From a virus, in the IMG/VR virus record IMGVR_UViG_3300011936_000008, positions 1 through 48,568 of that record: a stretch of DNA of 48,568 nt. One strand, 5' to 3'. Shown here one piece after another: positions 43,001-48,568 of the stretch. The notes beneath the pieces were generated by a model, which made no database searches, was not told where the DNA came from, and saw only the letters and a list, made by a program, of their open reading frames with translations. Positions within the stretch are counted from its first letter, which is position 1. Each line of letters starts with the position of its first letter. The position numbers were made by a program, and so were the translations under genes.

Positions 43001-44380
43001 ATGACGAAATCAGCTCTTGAGATGGGCTTCTCTCTGCGCGATTATCAGATAGAAGCAATGCAGTTTCTCCGTGACGGGGGTGGCGGTAAGGCTCTGTTCC
43101 TTGATATGGGTCTAGGTAAGACCGCTACATGTCTATCGGCGCTGACCGAAGAACACTTGCCTGCTCTTATCATTGCCCCTAAGCGCGTAGCCGAGCACGT
43201 CTGGAAGACCGAGCGCGACATCTGGCGACCCGACCTGTCGATAACGGTCGTGAAGGGAACCAAGGATAAGCGCATGTCCCTTGCCGGGGTGCGTAGTGAC
43301 CTCACGGTTATTAGCCGCGATAACCAGGATGATATTCGCTCCCGTGCCATGACGGGAGGCTTCAAGACGGTGATAATCGACGAGCTGAGTGGTTATAAGA
43401 ACAGGGGTACTAAGCGCTGGAAGGGCGCGCAGGACATTGTGAGCCGCGCGAATCACGTCTGGGGCTTGACGGGTACCCCCACACCTAAGTCACTGATTGA
43501 CCTGTGGGCGCAGATGTACCTGCTTGATAACGGCGAGTCTTTGGGTAAGACGCTCAGCGAATACCGGCGCAAGTACTTCTACGCGGCGGGGCAATTGCCT
43601 AATGGCATTGTCACGAAGTGGTTACCTCGTGCCGGGGCTAAGACTGAGACCGACATCTATGATGATATCGCGGATAGGGTATTGGTGCAGGGCACGGAAG
43701 GGCGCGTGAAGCTCCCTCCGGTGACCTACGTGCCGCAGAAGGTTACCTTGCCGGGGAAGGTACAGAAACAGTATGAGACGTTGAAGAAAGACCTAGTGCT
43801 TAGGTTGCTGGAAAGCGGAGAAGAAATCACCGCCGCTAACGCCGCCGTCGTCTCGGGTAAACTCGCACAAATCACGGCGGGGTTCCTCTACCATGATGCC
43901 GTGCCGGGGGCAGAGGGTGATGCCCGCAGGTGGGATGTTCTGCACAAGGTCAAGATGGATAAGCTGGAAGACCTCATTGAGGGTGTGAACGGTGGCGGCG
44001 TGCTTGTGTTCTACCGATTCCAGGCTGAGCTTGAGGAACTCAAGAAACGTTTCGGGTCTGATGTACACACCGTCAAAGAGAAAGACTTCGTTGAGCGCTG
44101 GAACGCCGGGGATATTCCTATCCTTGCCGCGCACCCGGACTCTATCGGTCATGGCTTGAACCTGCAGAAGGGCGGTAGCACCGCCGTATGGCTGTCCTTG
44201 CCGTGGTCTTCGGAGGCTTGGCTACAGTCTAACAAGAGGCTCGCGCGTAGCGGGCAGGAATACCCGGTAAACATCCACATGATTATGGCGGAAGACTCTA
44301 TCGACGAGCACGTGCACGAGTCCTTGACGGGTAAGGTGGATGCTCAGCAAAGGTTGTTGGACTATCTGAGGGAGGTATAA
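43001..44380 (+). CDS. SNF2/DEAD-like superfamily-2 helicase (ATP-dependent)
   Basis: Walker A LDMGLGKTA; motif II IIDELSGYKN; motif III TGTPTPKS; C-terminal helicase motifs HGLNLQ and LARSGQ. The ORF opens at GTG 42992; ATG 43001 preferred. Confidence 0.8.
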   Translation: MTKSALEMGFSLRDYQIEAMQFLRDGGGGKALFLDMGLGKTATCLSALTEEHLPALIIAPKRVAEHVWKTERDIWRPDLSITVVKGTKDKRMSLAGVRSDLTVISRDNQDDIRSRAMTGGFKTVIIDELSGYKNRGTKRWKGAQDIVSRANHVWGLTGTPTPKSLIDLWAQMYLLDNGESLGKTLSEYRRKYFYAAGQLPNGIVTKWLPRAGAKTETDIYDDIADRVLVQGTEGRVKLPPVTYVPQKVTLPGKVQKQYETLKKDLVLRLLESGEEITAANAAVVSGKLAQITAGFLYHDAVPGAEGDARRWDVLHKVKMDKLEDLIEGVNGGGVLVFYRFQAELEELKKRFGSDVHTVKEKDFVERWNAGDIPILAAHPDSIGHGLNLQKGGSTAVWLSLPWSSEAWLQSNKRLARSGQEYPVNIHMIMAEDSIDEHVHESLTGKVDAQQRLLDYLREV

Positions 44381-44427
44381 TCGAACGCTTGGGAAGTGGT
44401 TCCCAAGCTGACATGGATAACAGGTAA

Positions 44428-44470
44428 CCCCTGGTTTGGTGGATTAAGCACCAGGCTGGGGGTTTTCTTT
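44428..44470 (+). terminator. Probable terminator after the helicase gene
   Basis: CCCCTGGT ... ACCAGGCTGGGGG hairpin then GTTTTCTTT. Confidence 0.5.
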
Positions 44471-44769
44471 GCGCGGGTGGCGGGTATAAGTTTCCCCTGG
44501 ATTGGCACGCCGTGCCGGGGGGATGGTTCTGCTGATGGTGGGCAGGTTGAGCACGAGGGTCACAGGGTGCCCTAGGGTAGGCGGATAGACTAACTTATAA
44601 GCGCAGACGCGCATAGCGTGAGCGCTACGGCGGATAAAAACGTAGCTCCCATGCCCCGGCTAGAGCATAAAAGTACCTGCGCAGACCCCTTGCCGGGGGA
44701 TTTGTGGGCGTTGTGAACAGACTTGAGCGGTGTTTAGAAAGATTTGACAAACAGGTGGTGTGTGTAGTA

Positions 44770-45370
44770 TTTAGGAAAATCTAAGGAAAATTTACCCTTA
44801 GAAAACTATATAGGGAATCCTTGGGCATCTTGGGCACTCCCTTGAAATAGCAACGAAGTAGCTAAAAAATCCTTGGGCATAATGGGTACAAATCCTTGGG
44901 CAACCAGGAAAATCCTTAGGCATTGGGGCAATCTGATAGAAAAAGTGGGGCAAAAACTTTTACCCAAAATACTTACCTACATAGAAATCCTTGGGCATCT
45001 TGGGCACTCCCTTGAAATAGCAACGAAGTAGCTAAAAAATCCTTGGGCATAATGGGTACAAATCCTTGGGCAACCAGGAAAATCCTTGGGCATTTAGGTT
45101 CTAGGAATCCGGAATGTCGTAGCATTTATCACAAGTGATTTGCCTCACCCACCTATATACCGTTTGAAAACCAGGTTTAGGGGGATTTGCCCAAGAAAAA
45201 AGGGGTTTGCCCAAGGATTTAAATCGAGGTTGCCCAAGGATTTTTTCGCTACTTCCCTGATATAGCACCGAAGTGCCCAAGATGCCCAAGGATTTCCTAT
45301 ATAAAGTTTATATATATTTATATATTTTAAATAAGAGTACTAAATACCATACATATGTAGGCTTGTCAAT
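44770..45370. repeat. Iteron array plus AT-rich tract: putative replication origin (or centromere-like site)
   Basis: 12-mer AATCCTTGGGCA in about 9 direct copies (44816, 44868, 44891, 44911, 44986, 45038, 45061, 45081 plus partials). About 5 inverted copies TGCCCAAGGATT follow (45187, 45208, 45231, 45273, 45283). A 111-bp near-perfect direct repeat (44816-44926 and 44986-45096). Then a block of roughly 85 percent A+T at 45295-45370. Confidence 0.6.
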
Positions 45371-45766
45371 GGTTTTAAGTTAAGTGTTACCGAAATTACA
45401 TCTGCGGTTCTAAAGCTACCCTGGAGGCCGGAGCTTATAGCACCAGCACTTACCCCGACATGAGCAGGCGCGGCTTTCTAGTCGGTGGTTTTGCTCCTGC
45501 CTTGCGCGTATAGGGCTAATCATCCACTCTGCGCGGCTCTGTGCGCGTGTGAGCGAGTTTCAGGGCTTCAGTGGGTGATTGTTCATCTGGCATAAAAATA
45601 GCCCCTCAGCGGGGCGTACAAAGCTTCTCTTGGTTTTAGATACAAAAATAGCCCCCCAATCTGGCGAGCTATTTCTGCGGCCACATTTGCACTCCAATGC
45701 GTAAAAATGCTATCGTGGTCTTGAAAAACACAACTCCATGATACAAGATTAGGAGACATTCGTCCA

Positions 45767-48160
45767 ATGCGTAACGCATTTACTTTTGAATTTGCCAAAG
45801 GAACGTCACCGAAGACGGAAGGCAAAGAACTAACCTTCACCGACATTCGAGAAATGTTGAAGACCCCCGGCACGGAAAAAGCCGAACGCTCATACTTGCC
45901 GGGAACTATCAAAGACCACCACCGCAAACGCGAGAACATCATCTCACGCTCTGCAGTCACGCTAGACCTGGACGGCGCGCAGATGGGCGGATTCGAAGCA
46001 CTGAGCGGATACCTGCGCGGCAAGCAATATTTCTGGCACACGACTTTTTCGCACAGCCCCGAGAATCCCTCTTTCAGGTTCATCATCCCTCTAGTCGAAG
46101 ACATTTCACCAGAGCTGTACGAGAGCCTGGTATCGCAGATAATCACCGCGAATACCAAGGCAAGCATTGATACCGCTTCATGCTCGCCGGCGCAGATTAT
46201 GTTCACCCCGGCTTGCACGGACAGGGATAATTACATCTGGGGAGAAAACACCGGCGAGTTAGCCGACGCGAAGGTGTGGGTAAAGGAAGCCAATGGCGGC
46301 GAAGCCGTTGTACCTCTGGCGCGAATCAAGAAGCGCGGTAACCCCGAGGAAGTCCCCGGCATCATTGGTCGGTTCAATAAAGCCTTCCCGACCCTGGACG
46401 AATTAGTTGAAGTCTTTGGCCTACCTTACGTGTATGTACCTGAGGTTGGGCGCTACCGTTATGCGGGTTCCTCCATCCACTCCACCCCCGGCATGAGTGA
46501 GATTGAGGAAAACCCCGGCTACTTCTATAGCTGGCACGCCAAAGACCCGGCCAGCGGGTACGCGCAGAACTCTTTTGACCTATTGCGTATTCACAAGTTC
46601 GGTGAGTTGGACGAAGGGTACAGTGGCCCGCCTGTTCACGCGCCCTCTTACAAGGCGGCGAAGGACTTCATTGAAACCCACGAGGCGTTCAAACAGCGAG
46701 AGAGTGAGGACGCTTACGCCGCTGTGTTGTCCCGCTACGAGGGTGCAATTGTTGCAGAAACTCCTGCTAGTACGAGCCGGGGAGCGTCAGGTGCAGACCT
46801 GTTCGCGCTACCTGAGGGCGAGCCGGAAGTACCTACCGCACCAAGCGAAGAAGAAATTCGAGATAAGAGCGCGTGGGTGAAGCTCCTGACCGTTGATAAA
46901 AAGACGCAGCAGGTAGAGAATACCGTAGATAACCTTGAATTGATTTTCCATAACGACCCATTCCTCAATGGTCTTGGGTGGTGTGAGCGCGGCGGGTATG
47001 AAGCCTGGACTAAGGACGGGTATAACTTTGCCGACGGCGCGCCGCATCAGTTGAACAACCGGGACATCTCAATTATTCAGTTCCACATTGAGAAGATTTA
47101 CGGGATGCGTAGCATCACCAGGACTCGCGTAGAGCAGATGCTAGAGGTTCTGGCAGAGACTAACCGTTATGACCCGGTGCAGGATTACCTGAACTCTCTT
47201 GAGTGGGATGGTGTACCACGACTGAACACATGCATCCCCGGCGTGGAGTACTCGGACTACAACGAAATGGTAGCTCGCAAGGCTCTTATAGGCGCTGTTG
47301 CCCGTGCTCTCAAGCCCGGCGTGAAAGCAGACCAGTCACTCATTCTCGCAGGTGAAGCTGGGCTTGGTAAGTCCTGGTGGGTAGAACGCATGTCACGCGG
47401 GTTCTCCTCTGTGCTTGGACCGATTGACCGCAAGGACACTCTTATCTCGGCAAGCCGTGGGTGGATTATCACCTCTGACGAAGGCCATGCCATGTCGAAG
47501 GCTGAGTTTAACCAGCTCAAAGAATTTATGACTCTTACCCAAGATACCTACCGCCCCCCGTATGAGCGAGCCGCGCAGACTGTCAAGCGTCGTTGGGTCA
47601 TCTGGGGTACCACCAATGACCCGAAGATGCTTCGAGAGCGCGAAGGTAACAGGCGCTTCCTTATCGTAGATATTCAAGAGAAAGCAGACTTCGATAAGTA
47701 CACGGATGAATACGTAGACCAGGTATGGGCAGAGGCAGTTCACGCGTTCAAGTCGGGTGAATCGCATATGCTCAGTGAATCCGAAGAAGCCCTGGCCGAG
47801 AGTGTACGCACCCTGCATACTCAGACTGATGACCTCGCCGACATGATTAGTGAAGGCGTAGATGTGCTCTTGCCGGGTGACTGGGATACGAAGACAATTT
47901 CTCAGCGCACCTCCTACATGTTGCAGGTTGAGCAAGGCATGGCCGGCGGCTCAGTTGAGCGCGAGACTATCTCGCCGGTGGAGGTCTGGACTGAGATTAT
48001 GGCGCGACCGCGTGCTGACTTCGATAACATGAACCAGCGCCGCATCTATGATGCTTTAGTTGCCCTGTCTCGCCGGGGTGTTTTGCGTCGCCCGTTGAAG
48101 AAGTCATATAAGGCTCCTTACGGCACGGTGGATAACTTCGAGATTATCCGGTTCGAGTAA
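45767..48160 (+). CDS. DNA primase/helicase of the VirE / P4 alpha-like family (N-terminal primase-like domain, C-terminal P-loop helicase)
   Basis: Walker A GEAGLGKSW; Walker B-like IITSDEG; 797 aa. Lies immediately downstream of the iteron region. VirE-type proteins usually partner the DUF2800 nuclease and PolA in phage replication cassettes. Confidence 0.75.
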   Translation: MRNAFTFEFAKGTSPKTEGKELTFTDIREMLKTPGTEKAERSYLPGTIKDHHRKRENIISRSAVTLDLDGAQMGGFEALSGYLRGKQYFWHTTFSHSPENPSFRFIIPLVEDISPELYESLVSQIITANTKASIDTASCSPAQIMFTPACTDRDNYIWGENTGELADAKVWVKEANGGEAVVPLARIKKRGNPEEVPGIIGRFNKAFPTLDELVEVFGLPYVYVPEVGRYRYAGSSIHSTPGMSEIEENPGYFYSWHAKDPASGYAQNSFDLLRIHKFGELDEGYSGPPVHAPSYKAAKDFIETHEAFKQRESEDAYAAVLSRYEGAIVAETPASTSRGASGADLFALPEGEPEVPTAPSEEEIRDKSAWVKLLTVDKKTQQVENTVDNLELIFHNDPFLNGLGWCERGGYEAWTKDGYNFADGAPHQLNNRDISIIQFHIEKIYGMRSITRTRVEQMLEVLAETNRYDPVQDYLNSLEWDGVPRLNTCIPGVEYSDYNEMVARKALIGAVARALKPGVKADQSLILAGEAGLGKSWWVERMSRGFSSVLGPIDRKDTLISASRGWIITSDEGHAMSKAEFNQLKEFMTLTQDTYRPPYERAAQTVKRRWVIWGTTNDPKMLREREGNRRFLIVDIQEKADFDKYTDEYVDQVWAEAVHAFKSGESHMLSESEEALAESVRTLHTQTDDLADMISEGVDVLLPGDWDTKTISQRTSYMLQVEQGMAGGSVERETISPVEVWTEIMARPRADFDNMNQRRIYDALVALSRRGVLRRPLKKSYKAPYGTVDNFEIIRFE

Positions 48161-48181
48161 TTTAAATCACACGTATATAAC

Positions 48182-48211
48182 TTGACGTGCGCACACGCGG
48201 TCACCTATAGT
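48182..48211 (+). promoter_or_regulatory. Promoter (TTGACG -18 nt- TATAGT) overlapped by the operator half-site GTGCGCACACGCGGT
   Basis: Same 14/15-mer as the inverted-repeat operator at 4667-4707, in the same position relative to -35/-10. Precedes the (KAEEP)n gene and the Cas4-like nuclease. Confidence 0.5.
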
Positions 48212-48263
48212 TATAAATGTGGTCGCAAGAGCGGTCACTAAGACAAGAAACGGAGAACTGATA

Positions 48264-48568
48264 ATGGACCAGAAACGAATTGACGAGCTCGGTGTGGAAC
48301 TTGGTCGCTCCTTGGCGGCTGTTGTACAGCACGCGCTGAGCATTGCGGCAGAAGCATCCAAGGGTGCTCCGCTGTGGGTAAACGTTGGCACTGCGGCTGA
48401 ATCTTTCACTAAGCCGGTAGAGACTGAGACGGGCGAGGAAGAGAAGCCCGCCAAGAAGACGGTTCGCAAGCGCGCTACTCGCAAGACTGCAAAGGCAGAA
48501 GAGCCTAAGGCAGAAGAGCCTAAGGCAGAAGAGCCTAAGGCAGAAGAGCCTAAGGCAGAAGAGCCTAA
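48264..48568 (+). CDS. 5' part of the (KAEEP)n pentapeptide-repeat protein (continues at 2..280)
   Basis: RBS ACGGAGAA 7 nt before ATG 48264. Basic TVRKRATRKTAK segment then KAEEP x5 running off the window end in frame. Confidence 0.55.
   Translation, partial: MDQKRIDELGVELGRSLAAVVQHALSIAAEASKGAPLWVNVGTAAESFTKPVETETGEEEKPAKKTVRKRATRKTAKAEEPKAEEPKAEEPKAEEPKAEEP

Noticed and set aside
45101-45289. 62-aa minus-strand ORF inside the iteron region
   Set aside because: Made entirely of iteron repeats (translation repeats PRFKSLGKPLF/LGQP); no RBS; the region is better explained as a protein-binding array.
48485-48568. Regular 15-bp tandem repeats at both window ends, considered as a possible CRISPR-like array
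   Set aside because: No spacers; the unit repeats contiguously and encodes in-frame K-A-E-E-P inside an ORF. A coding microsatellite, not CRISPR.

Overview
The window reads as a complete, circularly closed genome of about 48.5 kb from a tailed dsDNA phage (siphovirus-type layout). The host is probably a high-GC Gram-positive (actinobacterial) organism; this rests only on GC content, AAGGAGG-type ribosome-binding sites (RBS), abundant CCCCGGC hairpins and signs of leaderless mRNAs. Both window ends carry the same 15-bp coding tandem repeat, and one gene (48264..end, continuing at 2..280) stays in frame across the junction. That indicates an assembly cut inside a circular or terminally redundant genome. 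Three modules are visible. (1) A plus-strand replication module (45767 across the junction to 6906): VirE-type primase/helicase, a (KAEEP)n repeat protein, a Cas4-like PD-(D/E)XK nuclease, an XRE-type helix-turn-helix (HTH) regulator, a putative SSB-like protein, a proofreading family-A DNA polymerase, a DUF3310-like protein and an AT-rich two-gene moron island. (2) A minus-strand late operon (33688 down to 6958). In transcription order it runs Zn-ribbon protein, TerS, TerL, portal, MuF-like protein, a P-loop NTPase fused to a scaffold, capsid, connector and neck proteins, major tail protein, G/G-T chaperones with a canonical -1 frameshift site, tape measure, distal tail and tip proteins, repeat-containing fibers, two depolymerase-like enzymes, then amidase endolysin and holin. 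(3) A plus-strand early region (34797..44380) of mostly small genes of unknown function, ending with HNH, VRR-NUC and SNF2-helicase genes. No integrase, excisionase, CI-like repressor, partition genes, tRNA, rRNA or CRISPR array was found. The most notable noncoding features are an iteron-rich origin-like region upstream of the primase/helicase gene (44770-45370), a 1.1-kb divergent control region with a 70-bp perfectly alternating purine/pyrimidine (Z-DNA-prone) microsatellite and twin promoter repeats (33712-34797), and a palindromic operator shared by two replication-module promoters. All functional calls come from motifs, gene order and composition read off the sequence; no database search was possible.
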